Shown: positions 10,092 to 20,487, counted from the stretch's first letter. The stretch is 32,000 nt of DNA from Psychrobacter cryohalolentis K5 (GCF_000013905.1 NC_007969.1:600001-632000); one strand, 5' to 3'. Made by a program: numbers and translations. Notes: generated from the letters alone by a model not told the origin.

Positions 10092-10146
10092 AAAGCCAAG
10101 TTATTTCGCTATCATATATTATGTGGCTAGATAACTTGGCTTTTTG
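10092..10146 (+). terminator. Terminator-like long hairpin downstream of rpmF
   Basis: AAAGCCAAGTTAT (10092-10104) pairs perfectly with ATAACTTGGCTTT (10131-10143), followed by a T-run. The 26-nt loop is longer than in a classical terminator. Confidence 0.6.
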
Positions 10147-10478
10147 CTATGGGTTTTTTAGTAATAGTTTTCATTATTAGTTTTTAGTACTATTTATTGA
10201 CTGTTAGCTGTTGACGGCTGTTTTAACGCATCAGTTATGAAGAATTAGCTATCTAGTATAAGTCATATCAAAGGATTTATCGAAGCGAGACAAACAATTA
10301 ACTTTTTAGCAGCTTTGTTAATTACCGATGTCAGTGTATAGTTTCATAAGAGTATGCTGTCTTAAAGGACTAGTGACAGTAACGGCTCTATAAAATTAAT
10401 ATCCTATTATAGTCTTTAACTCTACGATTAGCCCCATTTACGCTAGGGGTGTTTCCAATCAAATAAGGAATATTGGTT

Positions 10479-11447
10479 ATGGGCTCTGTACCCGATATGA
10501 TAAAAAAACAACCAACCCGTATTGCAATACTGTTTCCTGGGCAAGGCTCACAAGTAGTCGGTATGACAAGCGAGCTTGCTGATACCTATCCTGAAATTCT
10601 TGAAACCTTTACTGAAGCAAGTGCGGCATTAGGCGAAGATTTGTGGGCAATCTGTCAAGATGAAGAAAAACTTAATCAAACGCACTATACACAGCCTGCG
10701 TTATTGACCGCTAGTATCGCTATTTGGCGCATCTTACAACAAAAAATAAAGGATAAGCCTTGTTACCTAGCTGGTCATTCTCTTGGCGAATATAGCGCCC
10801 TTTGCGCAGCTAACGTGCTGTCACTTGCTGATGCCGTGAAACTGGTACATAAGCGTGGTCAATTGATGCAAGACGCTGTAGTGGGTATTGATACGGCTAT
10901 GGCAGCAGTACTGGGTTTGGAAGATCACCGAGTCGAAAATCTGTGTGAGCAAGCAACCGAGCATGTAGATGATGCGATTGTTGGTGCAGCAAATTTTAAT
11001 AGCCCAGGGCAAGTTGTGGTTTCTGGTAATGCTGCAGGCGTTAATGCAGTCATTGATAAAGTACAAAATACGGGTAAAAAAGCCATTCCATTAAAGGTAA
11101 GTGTGCCGTCACATTGCGCTTTGATGGAGCCTGCTAGTAAAGCGTTGGCAGCAGAGCTTGCCGCCATTAAGTTTGATCAAGCAACGATTCCTGTGATTCA
11201 AAACCGTCATGCACGTGTTGAAACCAGTGCGGCAGGTATCAAAGAGGCGTTAACTGAACAATTAAGTCAGCCAGTATTGTGGTCAAAAACCATGCAAGAG
11301 CTGGCAGATAAACAAATTAATATTTTAATTGAGTGTGGTAGTGGTAACGTCTTGAGTAATTTGGCGAAGCGTCAAGCGCATCCAATTATGAGCTATCCGA
11401 CTGACAAGCCCGCTCGTCTAGATAAATTGCTGGAGGTATTATCATGA
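10479..11447 (+). CDS. fabD: Malonyl-CoA:ACP transacylase
   Basis: FPGQGSQ near the N-terminus and the active-site GHSLGEYSAL motif. I prefer ATG 10479 (AAGGA 9 nt upstream) to the track's TTG 10473. Confidence 0.95.
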   Translation: MGSVPDMIKKQPTRIAILFPGQGSQVVGMTSELADTYPEILETFTEASAALGEDLWAICQDEEKLNQTHYTQPALLTASIAIWRILQQKIKDKPCYLAGHSLGEYSALCAANVLSLADAVKLVHKRGQLMQDAVVGIDTAMAAVLGLEDHRVENLCEQATEHVDDAIVGAANFNSPGQVVVSGNAAGVNAVIDKVQNTGKKAIPLKVSVPSHCALMEPASKALAAELAAIKFDQATIPVIQNRHARVETSAAGIKEALTEQLSQPVLWSKTMQELADKQINILIECGSGNVLSNLAKRQAHPIMSYPTDKPARLDKLLEVLS

Positions 11448-12172
11448 GCCGTACGATCACATTAGTCACAGGCGCAAGCCGCGGTATCGGCAAAGCCGTC
11501 GCCAAACGCTTTGCTAAGGAAGGACATTTTGTCATTGGGACAGCCACCACTGAAAAAGGGGCTGCACAGATTGATGACTATCTAAATGATAGTGGCGGTA
11601 TTGGTCGTGTTTTAGATGTACGTGATACTGCGCAGATTGACAAGCTATTTGAAGAGATAGAAAGCGTTTATGGTGCTGTTCAAGTATTGGTAAATAATGC
11701 TGGTATCACTCAAGATGGCTTATTGATGCGTATGAAAGATGAAGATTGGGACAATGTGATAGATACCAATCTAACTTCTGTTTATCGTATGAGCAAACGT
11801 GCTATCCGCGGCATGATGAAAGCACGCCGTGGTCGTATTATCAATATTACCTCTGTGGTTGCTCAAATGGGCAATGCCGGTCAATCTAACTATGCGGCGA
11901 CTAAAGCTGGCGTAGAGGGTTTTAGCCGTACGCTCGCGCGCGAAATTGGTTCACGTCAAGTAACCATTAACTGCGTCGCGCCAGGTTTGATTGAAACAGA
12001 CATGACTGATGAGCTTGATGAGCGTTTATTGAACTCGATGTTAGATGCTGTACCTATCAGCCGTTTGGGTCAACCAGAAGATATCGCTGCTGCCGTACTG
12101 TTTTTAGCAAGTGATGAAGCCAGTTATATCACAGGTGCTGTTTTGCCAGTCAATGGCGGCATGTATATGTAG
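11444..12172 (+). CDS. fabG: 3-oxoacyl-ACP reductase
   Basis: 242 aa SDR. Has TGASRGIG, NNAGIT, the Y..TKAG catalytic motif, and the C-terminus GG.YM. Its start overlaps the fabD stop (ATGA). Confidence 0.95.
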   Translation: MSRTITLVTGASRGIGKAVAKRFAKEGHFVIGTATTEKGAAQIDDYLNDSGGIGRVLDVRDTAQIDKLFEEIESVYGAVQVLVNNAGITQDGLLMRMKDEDWDNVIDTNLTSVYRMSKRAIRGMMKARRGRIINITSVVAQMGNAGQSNYAATKAGVEGFSRTLAREIGSRQVTINCVAPGLIETDMTDELDERLLNSMLDAVPISRLGQPEDIAAAVLFLASDEASYITGAVLPVNGGMYM

Positions 12173-12484
12173 CAGTTTGCTATCAAATTTTCCTACATGC
12201 GATAGCAATTAGTGCTGAATCCCAAGCGTTACATACTTATAATAAAAAACTGTGTGAACGAGTGTAAACTATAATAAAGGGTGCTATAATGTCGAATACT
12301 TTTAAGTCAAAGCCATGTATGATAGCAAGGCTTTACTAAATATTAGTACAGAATGTATAACTTGTTATAGTACACTCAGATGGCTATATGGATCTGAAAA
12401 TCCCATTTATATACAATGCTATAGTGGCTAACCACGTGATTATAGTAGTTTGTCAAAATAATAGATCAAAAAGGAGAAATCTAC

Positions 12485-12721
12485 ATGAGTAATGATACCG
12501 AGCAAAGAGTTAAAGCTGCCGTAGCTGAGCAACTAGGTATGAATGTTGAAGACATCAACAATGATGCTTCATTTATGGAAGACTTAGGCGCTGATTCACT
12601 GGATTTAGTTGAGTTGGTTATGTCATTTGAAAGCGATTTTGGCATCACAATTCCTGACGAAGATTCAGCAGAATTAACGACTGTTCAAAAAGCAATCGAC
12701 TACGTACAAGCACAGCTATAA
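12485..12721 (+). CDS. acpP: Acyl carrier protein
   Basis: 78 aa. Has the phosphopantetheine attachment motif LGADSLD. AAGGAG Shine-Dalgarno upstream. Confidence 0.97.
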   Translation: MSNDTEQRVKAAVAEQLGMNVEDINNDASFMEDLGADSLDLVELVMSFESDFGITIPDEDSAELTTVQKAIDYVQAQL

Positions 12722-12750
12722 TTAGCGACTTGCTCAATAGGTTCGATATG

Positions 12751-12783
12751 ACCGCTTATCTTAATAGATAGGCGGTTTTTTTA
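12751..12783 (+). terminator. Rho-independent terminator of acpP
   Basis: ACCGCTTATC / GATAGGCGGT form a 10-bp stem (one G-U pair) with a 6-nt loop, followed by TTTTTTT. Confidence 0.8.
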
Positions 12784-13009
12784 TGTTTGTCATTTCTCTT
12801 TATTGTTATTACACTTATAACAACTGATTTAATATTAGCGTTAACATTGGCTACGCCAAATCAACATTACTCAACATACTCTTACTGTTTATCGCTTATG
12901 GCTTTGCTTATACTCATAATGGTAAGCACAAAAGGGTGATAACCGATATGCGTTATCATCGAAACAACAATGATGCATAATAATTAATAATATTTTAAGG
13001 AGCAGTTAT

Positions 13010-13516
13010 ATGGGTATGTTCAGTTTTGCAAAAGACATTGGTGATAAAATCTTTAATCGTGATGACGCCAAGCATGACGCTAAAGTAGAAACCAAAGCAG
13101 ATGCTAATACACCAGTACAGAGTACTGAGCCTTCAGCGCAATCAGTAGCCAATATTTTACTTCGTCGTATTCAGCAGCAAAATCTAAATATTAGTGATTT
13201 AAAGATTAAGTATAATGGGTCAACCGATACTGCAGAAATTAGTGGTAAAGCTAAGACTCAAGCTGATCGCGAAAAAGCTATTATTGCCATCGGTAATGTA
13301 CAAAACGTGGCTAAAGTCATTGATAATATCGATATTGAAGAGCAGTCACCTGAGTCGACTATGTACACTGTAAAATCTGGTGATAGCTTGTCTAAAATTG
13401 CAAAAGATGTTTATGGTTCAACTGGCGATTATATGAAGATATTTGAAGCCAATAAGCCGATGTTATCTGACCCAGACAAGATTTATCCTGGTCAAGTACT
13501 ACGTATTCCTAAATAG
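13010..13516 (+). CDS. kbp: BON + LysM domain potassium-binding protein (Kbp/YgaU family)
   Basis: Colinear with E. coli Kbp as I remember it. The N-terminus MG.F.F.KD.G.K and the C-terminus YTVKSGD.LS.I.K.VYG......KIFEANKPML..PDKIYPGQVLRIP both match. Confidence 0.85.
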   Translation: MGMFSFAKDIGDKIFNRDDAKHDAKVETKADANTPVQSTEPSAQSVANILLRRIQQQNLNISDLKIKYNGSTDTAEISGKAKTQADREKAIIAIGNVQNVAKVIDNIDIEEQSPESTMYTVKSGDSLSKIAKDVYGSTGDYMKIFEANKPMLSDPDKIYPGQVLRIPK

Positions 13517-13585
13517 TTGTCATTTTTTAAGTCATTATAAGTATCGAAACACTCATAGTATTTTGGATACTTAGAATATGGCTGA

Positions 13586-13619
13586 ATAAAAACACCTCAA
13601 AATATGAGGTGTTTTTTTA
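13586..13619. terminator. Bidirectional terminator between convergent kbp and queG
   Basis: AAAAACACCTCAaaataTGAGGTGTTTTTTT: an 8-9 bp stem flanked by an A-run and a T-run. Confidence 0.85.
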
Positions 13620-13650
13620 TGTATAAAATATAGAGTTAAAAATTAGGCTT

Positions 13651-14868
13651 CTAATTATTAATAAGTAAGATATCCAATTTATGACGCTGTTCGGCGACTG
13701 CCCAATCTATATGTTCGTCAAGCATCGTGTTATGTAGCCCAAGTTTTGCTTGTAATGCTTCGATGTTTTCTTGATTAACGGTGGCATTGCCAAGACCGAT
13801 AGCGATATTACGCAGAAAATTCACATAACCGGTGCGTCTAAGTGGGCTACCTTCGGTCTTTTTCATAAACTCTGCTTCTTGCCATTGCCACAATTCCAGC
13901 AAACTGCTGCTGTCAAGGCGATGCCTTGGCGCAAAATCCTCTACGGGCGTCAGATTGGCATAGCGGTTCCATGGGCAAATCAGCTGACAGTCATCACAAC
14001 CAAAGATACGATTGCCAATAGCGCGGCGGTATTTTTCATCAATAACACCGTCATGTTCAATCGTAAGATAAGAGATGCAAGCTGACGCATTAAGCTCATA
14101 AGGGGCGACAATGGCTTGAGTGGGACAGATATCAATACAGGCGCTGCAACTGCCGCAATGCTCTTTAACTGGCTCATCGTCAGGTAGTTCAAGGCTCATA
14201 AACAGCTCTCCGAGCACAAAGAACGAGCCGGCTTGTTTGTTTATGAGTAATGTATGCTTGCCAGTCCAGCCAAGACCCGCAGCATCAGCAATCGGTCGCT
14301 CAAAGATAGGAGCTGAGTCACTAAAAGGTCTAAAAATAAAATCTGTGTCAGCGCCAATATCTAGATGTCGCCATTCAGGAAGCATCGCCTCGATTTTTAA
14401 CGCCAGCTGCTTAAGGCGACTGCGCATGGTTTTATGATAGTCGCGCCCTCTTGCATAGCGAGCAATGATACCTTGGTTAGGATAATCATTGTCAGTCACA
14501 GTACGTGGTGTTGGGGTTTGAGTGAGATAATCCATACGCACACTAATAATGGTTTTTGCACCTTCTACCAGTTGCTCAGGGTGCGCACGCAGATGATGAT
14601 TGCTATGCATAAACTGTAATTGTGCTTGATAGCCTTTGGCCAACCACTGTCTTAACTGTTCAGTCTGCTTAACAAACAGAGGGTGATGTACCGATAAAAA
14701 GCCGCAATCGGCAAACCCTAACGATTGCGCTGTCTCTTTAATCCAGTGTTTAATATCTGTTGTAGTAGTAAAATCATGCGTATTGTTGATAGCAATCTTT
14801 TTAGCAGAGACGCTAGTAGGTAATGATGGCATCTGCGTTTGAGAGTTTGTTTGAGATTTATTGCTCAT
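13651..14868 (-). CDS. queG: Epoxyqueuosine reductase
   Basis: 405 aa. Two 4Fe-4S ferredoxin motifs (CGSCSACIDICP and CDDCQLICPWN) in a QueG-like context. It is divergent from nnr, as queG/yjeF are in E. coli. Confidence 0.88.
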   Translation of the reverse strand: MSNKSQTNSQTQMPSLPTSVSAKKIAINNTHDFTTTTDIKHWIKETAQSLGFADCGFLSVHHPLFVKQTEQLRQWLAKGYQAQLQFMHSNHHLRAHPEQLVEGAKTIISVRMDYLTQTPTPRTVTDNDYPNQGIIARYARGRDYHKTMRSRLKQLALKIEAMLPEWRHLDIGADTDFIFRPFSDSAPIFERPIADAAGLGWTGKHTLLINKQAGSFFVLGELFMSLELPDDEPVKEHCGSCSACIDICPTQAIVAPYELNASACISYLTIEHDGVIDEKYRRAIGNRIFGCDDCQLICPWNRYANLTPVEDFAPRHRLDSSSLLELWQWQEAEFMKKTEGSPLRRTGYVNFLRNIAIGLGNATVNQENIEALQAKLGLHNTMLDEHIDWAVAEQRHKLDILLINN

Positions 14869-15090
14869 GTCTGACGATCAATGATAATGTGAATATGGAT
14901 ATGATAAGCCAGTGAGCGAAGAGCGCAAGTATCAAAGTGAATAAATCCGTATAAATATAGATTTATATGGATTAAACCTAATTAATTGACCTTAAAGTCA
15001 ATAGCAGCAAATACATACATCAATTTTGGTTTGTACTGATAATAAGTCAGAAGCTTAGCCAAATCTTATAATAATAATCGAGGGTTAGTC

Positions 15091-16851
15091 ATGCCAACGT
15101 CAAATGAATTGTCATTGAAAACTACCATGCCGGTCGGTCTATATAGCAGCAAGCAGCTCTATGTGATAGAACAAGCATGGTTTGCACAAGGCAATAACAG
15201 CTTTGCTCTAATGCAACAAGCGGCTTGGCAAATGGTGAAGCATATTGAGATACTTTATGAAGAAAAATGTTTGAATGAGCAATTAGCAAAGCAGGGCATT
15301 GCCTCTCGTCCTGTTAATCGTCCGTGCCGTGTCAGTGTTTGGGTCGGAAAAGGTAATAATGGTGGCGATGGGTGGCTTGTTGCGTATTATTTACAGCAGA
15401 GAGGCTGGCAAGTACAAGTCATTACGGTTGGCTTTGAGAAACAAGATTTTGTTATAAAAGATAATATAGAAAGTTCTAATGAAGATAATAAAAACCCAAT
15501 TGCTGATGCGACAAAGGCGTTACAGCTGGCACTATCTGCTGATTGTAAATATCGATGCTTTGAAAATATCGATGATAGAAGCATGAGCGCTTTGCCGGCG
15601 GATGTTTATATCGATGCGATATTTGGTATTGGATTCAATCGTGCAGCGAGCGCTATTTATCAGCAAGCAATTTGCGCTTTCAACGAAGCAGCAGAGCATG
15701 TTAAAGCATTGGTCATCGCGGTTGATATCCCAAGTGGCTTGGTTGCCTCTACTGGTCAGGTATTTGAGCGTGTTGCGATAGCCGCAGATGTGACCTTATG
15801 TCTGATCGCACGTAAATTTGGTCTGCATACCAAAGACGGGCTCGATTATAGCGGCGCCGTGATTGATATACCGCTGATACCCCATCTAGCAAATGATAAC
15901 GCGCTTATTCCTATCGCTACCCTTATTAATTCGCCTAATCGATTAAAGCCACGCAGACAAAACAGTCATAAAGGCAGCTATGGGCATGTATTAATCATTG
16001 GCGGCAATCATATTGATAACTCACAAGGCATGGGCGGAGCAGCCATATTATCGGCATCGAGCGCGATGGCGACGGGCAGTGGTAAAATAACAGTTGCCTG
16101 TCATAAGGCTTACCATGGGGCGTTATTAACCTCGCTACCAGATGCAATGAGCATGGATTTGCATGATACCCAAGGAGTAAAACGCCTAATTAAAGAAGCC
16201 AGTGTGATTGCTATTGGTATGGGCCTGGGGCGTGATGAAAAAGCAAAATTGCTATTTACTGAATATCTGCAGGCTGCGGTAGCCGAAGGTAAGCCTATAA
16301 TCATTGATGCCGATGGTCTTTATCATTTGGCTTCATTGCATCGGGAAAACCATATGCTTATAGCCGAGCTAAAAACACATAGTAAAACTTATCAAGTGTG
16401 TTTAACGCCACATAGTGGGGAAGCTGCTAGATTATTAAATAAAAAGGTAGATGAGATAGAAAATGATAGATTGGCTGCAATAACAGAGGGTGCAGCAATT
16501 TATGGCGGTGATTGGGTGTTAAAGGGAGCAGGGTCGTTAATTCTGGAGCAGCAATCAGCGCAAGCGCATGTTTATGTATGCGGTGTGGGCAATGCTGGCA
16601 TGGCGACCGCTGGTATGGGTGATGTACTTGCAGGTGTCATTACTGGGCTATGGGCACAGGATGATTTAAAACATGAACTACGCAGTTTGCACCAAGCAGT
16701 CATTATCCATGGATTAGCAGGCGATGTTCTAGTCAACCAGACGAGAAATAACGATGATAATTTATTATTGGTGGGGCAGCGAGGTCTGCAAGCTCAAGAT
16801 ATGCCAGCAGCTATCCGTCATGTGATGCATCTCATAACAGATAGCCTTTAA
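15091..16851 (+). CDS. nnr: Bifunctional NAD(P)H-hydrate repair enzyme (epimerase + ADP-dependent dehydratase)
   Basis: 586 aa. The N-terminal YjeF_N domain has GKGNNGGDG. The C-terminal carbohydrate-kinase-like domain has GMGDVLAG.I. It is about 70 aa longer than E. coli YjeF, with a low-complexity insert (SSNEDNKNP...) in the N-terminal domain. Confidence 0.9.
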   Translation: MPTSNELSLKTTMPVGLYSSKQLYVIEQAWFAQGNNSFALMQQAAWQMVKHIEILYEEKCLNEQLAKQGIASRPVNRPCRVSVWVGKGNNGGDGWLVAYYLQQRGWQVQVITVGFEKQDFVIKDNIESSNEDNKNPIADATKALQLALSADCKYRCFENIDDRSMSALPADVYIDAIFGIGFNRAASAIYQQAICAFNEAAEHVKALVIAVDIPSGLVASTGQVFERVAIAADVTLCLIARKFGLHTKDGLDYSGAVIDIPLIPHLANDNALIPIATLINSPNRLKPRRQNSHKGSYGHVLIIGGNHIDNSQGMGGAAILSASSAMATGSGKITVACHKAYHGALLTSLPDAMSMDLHDTQGVKRLIKEASVIAIGMGLGRDEKAKLLFTEYLQAAVAEGKPIIIDADGLYHLASLHRENHMLIAELKTHSKTYQVCLTPHSGEAARLLNKKVDEIENDRLAAITEGAAIYGGDWVLKGAGSLILEQQSAQAHVYVCGVGNAGMATAGMGDVLAGVITGLWAQDDLKHELRSLHQAVIIHGLAGDVLVNQTRNNDDNLLLVGQRGLQAQDMPAAIRHVMHLITDSL

Positions 16852-16899
16852 CGATTTAATGTCACCTCAGCTAAATGTGTTTAAACACCAAATTGAAGA

Positions 16900-17388
16900 T
16901 TAGCCACAATACTGGGTAATGGCTTGTTGAACACGTTCACGCTTAAGCTCAATCTCACGACCATCTAGATATTGGCGTTTGCCATTGGCATCCATCTCAT
17001 AAATACGTCCGCCCACATTTAGATTGGTTAAATTATTGCGTAACGATTGACAACGCTGGGCATTGGCTTGGGCTTCTTGCTCTTTGATGCGTGCTTCTAA
17101 TTGGGCAACGCGCTGTTCTTCTGCGCTTTGCGGCGCACTTTGATTGGCTTCGGTTTTACCTGCCAGCTGTCCAGCATTGCTCTGTCTACCGTCACTACGA
17201 AACTCGATAACTTCGATATTCCTACCATTTTGCGGCGCATATTGGCTGTACTTGACTTCACCATGTGCGCCAATAGATTTGTATACCTGAATGGCATGAG
17301 TGGCGCTCATTGGTAGCATGAACATACACGCAGTGCTGACACTGATAAGTAGTTTGGTAGCCGTGCTTATCGTAGACGCTTGTGCCAT
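16900..17388 (-). CDS. DUF4124 domain-containing secreted protein
   Basis: 162 aa. Has an N-terminal signal-like hydrophobic segment, then a VYKS....GEVKYSQ..P motif typical of DUF4124, a Q/A/E-rich linker, and a C-terminal Cys pair. Confidence 0.7.
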   Translation of the reverse strand: MAQASTISTATKLLISVSTACMFMLPMSATHAIQVYKSIGAHGEVKYSQYAPQNGRNIEVIEFRSDGRQSNAGQLAGKTEANQSAPQSAEEQRVAQLEARIKEQEAQANAQRCQSLRNNLTNLNVGGRIYEMDANGKRQYLDGREIELKRERVQQAITQYCG

Positions 17389-18163
17389 AGTAACAGCCCT
17401 CTTAATGGGTAAAAAATACAGCTATCGTTCAGTTAAGCATAAGGGTTAATAGAATCGATAACAATATAAATACATAATGGCTTGATTCTAGCAAATAATA
17501 CTTATGAATGTACATTGTTTAATAACCAATAGTTGGGGATAGGGTTTAGAAGTTTTTCTTGACAATAGCTCACAAACCATCGAATATAATAGCAGTTGAT
17601 TGGTCAGTGAGCGGCTTTTATGATATTGCCGTGGCACTTGAAAATAAGGACTACGGGTTGCTTATCGGTAGCTTGCTTAGCCTTATTATCTTTGTGACAA
17701 TGATATAAAATAAATAGCGCTTGTAATAATGCTATTCAAATCTATATTTATTGTCTCCGGACTTATCTGTCTACAATGACTAAGATAAACTTATTATTAC
17801 TGTGTCTCATAAGATTTTGCTGTTGTAAAAATAGAATGTCATGTGTGTTTTTAACATCTCCTCATCAAACAGGTTATAAGATTTCGTAATCATATAACAT
17901 GATATAAGCTATAAAATATAAGCTTTGAGATTTGTTCTATCATTCTGTATCCGTCTATTTGTCATTAGCGCAATCTTGTATGCACTACAAATAATAAGCT
18001 TCTTTTATAGATGCACTCGCATCTTGTCACTGTATATCGATAAAACCCTGTCGCAAAGCTGACCTTAAATATATTGCTATGTTTGAGTAGTATGCTGTCT
18101 TATAACACAGCGTAACTTAGACGTAGCGGGCACATATTCTTGCCACAAAAAAAGGTGACGACA

Positions 18164-19990
18164 GTGACGCAAACCACGCAAAGTCCGAATATGACTGGAC
18201 ATACCCAAACGGGTCATGCTGCCAAGAATTTCCCTGAAAAGCAGCAACGCCTTGCCGAAGGAAGCAATGAGCCTGTAATGCTATCTGGTGCTGAGATGTT
18301 GGTGCAAGCACTAACGGATGAGGGCGTCAAATACATTTTTGGTTATCCAGGCGGTGCGGTCCTTCATATCTATGACGCCTTATTTCAACAAGACAATGTT
18401 GAGCATATTCTGGTACGTCATGAACAAGCCGCAGGTCACATGGCAGATGCTTATTCAAGAGTAACTGGCAACACGGGTGTGGTGCTAGCGACTTCAGGTC
18501 CTGGTGCGACCAATACAGTGACAGCTATTGCCACTGCTTTTATGGATTCTGTACCGATGGTGATCATCGCAGGTCAGGTGCCTAGTAGTCTGATCGGTGA
18601 AGATGCTTTCCAAGAAACCGATATGATTGGTGTGTCACGCCCAATCGTGAAGCATAGCTTTCAAGTGCGCCATGCTAGCGAAATCCCAATGATTGTCAAA
18701 AAAGCCTTTTATATTGCCCAGTCTGGACGTCCGGGTCCTGTTGTCATCGATGTGCCAAAAGACATGACTGCGCCTAGCGAAAAATTTGCTTATGAATATC
18801 CAAAAGAGGTATTTATACGCTCATATCAGCCGTCATTAAAAGGTCATAGTGGTCAAATCAAAAAGGCGGTTGAAACCTTACTTGCGGCTAAGCGCCCGAT
18901 TATCTACTCTGGTGGCGGTGTAGTTTTAGGTAATGCCTATAAAGAATTAACGGCGCTTGCCCATCGTTTAAACCTACCAGTCACCAATACCTTAATGGGT
19001 TTGGGTGCTTTTCCTGGCTCTGATGAGCAGTTCTTGGGTATGCTTGGTATGCATGGCACTTATGAAGCCAATATGACCATGCATCATTCTGACGTTATAT
19101 TGGCAGTTGGGGCACGCTTTGATGATCGCGTGACCAATAACGTCAAAAAATTCTGTCCAAATGCGACGATTATTCATATTGATATTGACCCAACGTCTAT
19201 CTCAAAAACGATCTTTGCTCATATTCCTATCGTTGGCGATGTGAAATCAGTGCTTACTGACATGATAGACATTATTGGCGAAGATAAAGAGTTAGACCAA
19301 CCGGCGTTATTGGATTGGTGGTCACAGATTAATGAGTGGCGCAAGCGTCATGGTTTGCGCTATGACACCAGTACCGATAATGGTATTAAGCCACAAGCGG
19401 TCGTTCAAGCTTTAGATAAAGTGACTAATAGTAATGCGATTATCACGAGTGACGTTGGTCAACATCAGATGTTTGCCGCGCTTTACTATACCTATAATGA
19501 GCCACGTCAATGGCTGAACTCAGGTGGTCTTGGTACTATGGGCGTTGGCTTGCCATATGCGATGGCAGCCAAACTTGCTAATCCTGAGCGTGATGTGGTT
19601 TGTATTACCGGCGAAGGCTCTATTCAGATGAATATCCAAGAACTGTCTACTTGTTTGCAGTATGATTTGCCAGTTAAAATCCTAAACTTGAATAATGCAC
19701 AGTTGGGTATGGTAAAACAGTGGCAAGACATGCTATATGAAGGTCGTCACGCACATTCTTACATGAATTCTTTACCAGACTTTGTCAAGCTTGCTGAAAG
19801 CTATGGTCACGTCGGTATCAAGATTACTGACCCTGCGACCATGGAAGCACAATTGGCTGAAGCCATGGCAATAAAAGACAGGTTGGTATTTATCGATGTT
19901 TACGTCGATCGTAATGAGCATGTATATCCGATGCAAATCGCTGGGCAAACGATGCGTGATATGTGGTTAACAAAAGGGGAGCGTACCTAA
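18164..19990 (+). CDS. ilvI: Acetolactate synthase (AHAS) large catalytic subunit
   Basis: ThDP enzyme motifs are present: GAEMLVQAL...GV...FGYPGG and GLGTMG.GLP.A......P.......GEGS.QMN.QEL. It is followed by ilvH. The start is uncertain: in-frame candidates are TTG 18140, GTG 18155, GTG 18164 (AAGGTG 6 nt upstream, preferred) and ATG 18191. Confidence 0.93.
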   Translation: MTQTTQSPNMTGHTQTGHAAKNFPEKQQRLAEGSNEPVMLSGAEMLVQALTDEGVKYIFGYPGGAVLHIYDALFQQDNVEHILVRHEQAAGHMADAYSRVTGNTGVVLATSGPGATNTVTAIATAFMDSVPMVIIAGQVPSSLIGEDAFQETDMIGVSRPIVKHSFQVRHASEIPMIVKKAFYIAQSGRPGPVVIDVPKDMTAPSEKFAYEYPKEVFIRSYQPSLKGHSGQIKKAVETLLAAKRPIIYSGGGVVLGNAYKELTALAHRLNLPVTNTLMGLGAFPGSDEQFLGMLGMHGTYEANMTMHHSDVILAVGARFDDRVTNNVKKFCPNATIIHIDIDPTSISKTIFAHIPIVGDVKSVLTDMIDIIGEDKELDQPALLDWWSQINEWRKRHGLRYDTSTDNGIKPQAVVQALDKVTNSNAIITSDVGQHQMFAALYYTYNEPRQWLNSGGLGTMGVGLPYAMAAKLANPERDVVCITGEGSIQMNIQELSTCLQYDLPVKILNLNNAQLGMVKQWQDMLYEGRHAHSYMNSLPDFVKLAESYGHVGIKITDPATMEAQLAEAMAIKDRLVFIDVYVDRNEHVYPMQIAGQTMRDMWLTKGERT

Positions 19991-20487
19991 TGCAACAACA
20001 ACATCTGATTTCGGTATTGATGGAAAACGAAGCGGGTTCGTTGTCGCGTTTAGTCGGCTTGTTCTCACAACGTGGCTACAATATCGAAACGCTAAACGTC
20101 GCGCCTACTGATGATCCAAGTATTTCACGTCTGACAGTAACGACAATCACATCACCTGAAAAAATAGAACAAATTACCAAGCAATTGCATAAATTGATCG
20201 AAGTGGTTAAAGTGCTTAATCTCTCAGATACCGTACACGTCGAACGTGAGTTGATGCTAATCAAAGTACGCGCGACGGGTGGCGTACGTGAAGAGATCAA
20301 ACGCAGTGCCGATATTTTTCGTGCACAGATCGTTGACGTCAATGCCAACTTATATACGATTCAAATCGTCGGTGATAAAGCTAAGCTCGATGGTTTTATT
20401 GATGTTATTGGTCGCGAACGTATCATGGAAGTAGTACGTTCAGGCGTCATTGGTATTGCTCGTGGTGATAAAACGCTAAGCCTATAA
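19990..20487 (+). CDS. ilvH: Acetolactate synthase small regulatory subunit
   Basis: ACT-domain N-terminus (HLISVLMENEAGSLSRLVGLFSQRGYNIETLNVAPT). The ATG at 19990 overlaps the ilvI stop (TAATG). The track start at 19963 would overlap ilvI. Confidence 0.93.
   Translation: MQQQHLISVLMENEAGSLSRLVGLFSQRGYNIETLNVAPTDDPSISRLTVTTITSPEKIEQITKQLHKLIEVVKVLNLSDTVHVERELMLIKVRATGGVREEIKRSADIFRAQIVDVNANLYTIQIVGDKAKLDGFIDVIGRERIMEVVRSGVIGIARGDKTLSL

Noticed and set aside
10351-10364. An exact 14-mer, AGTATGCTGTCTTA, is shared between the fabD upstream region (10351-10364) and the ilvI upstream region (18089-18102). In both places CTGT...ACAG can form a small hairpin.
   Set aside because: A rough estimate gives about one or more chance 14-mer coincidences in 32 kb of AT-biased sequence. 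There are only two copies, and the flanks do not align. It is only worth a genome-wide motif count.
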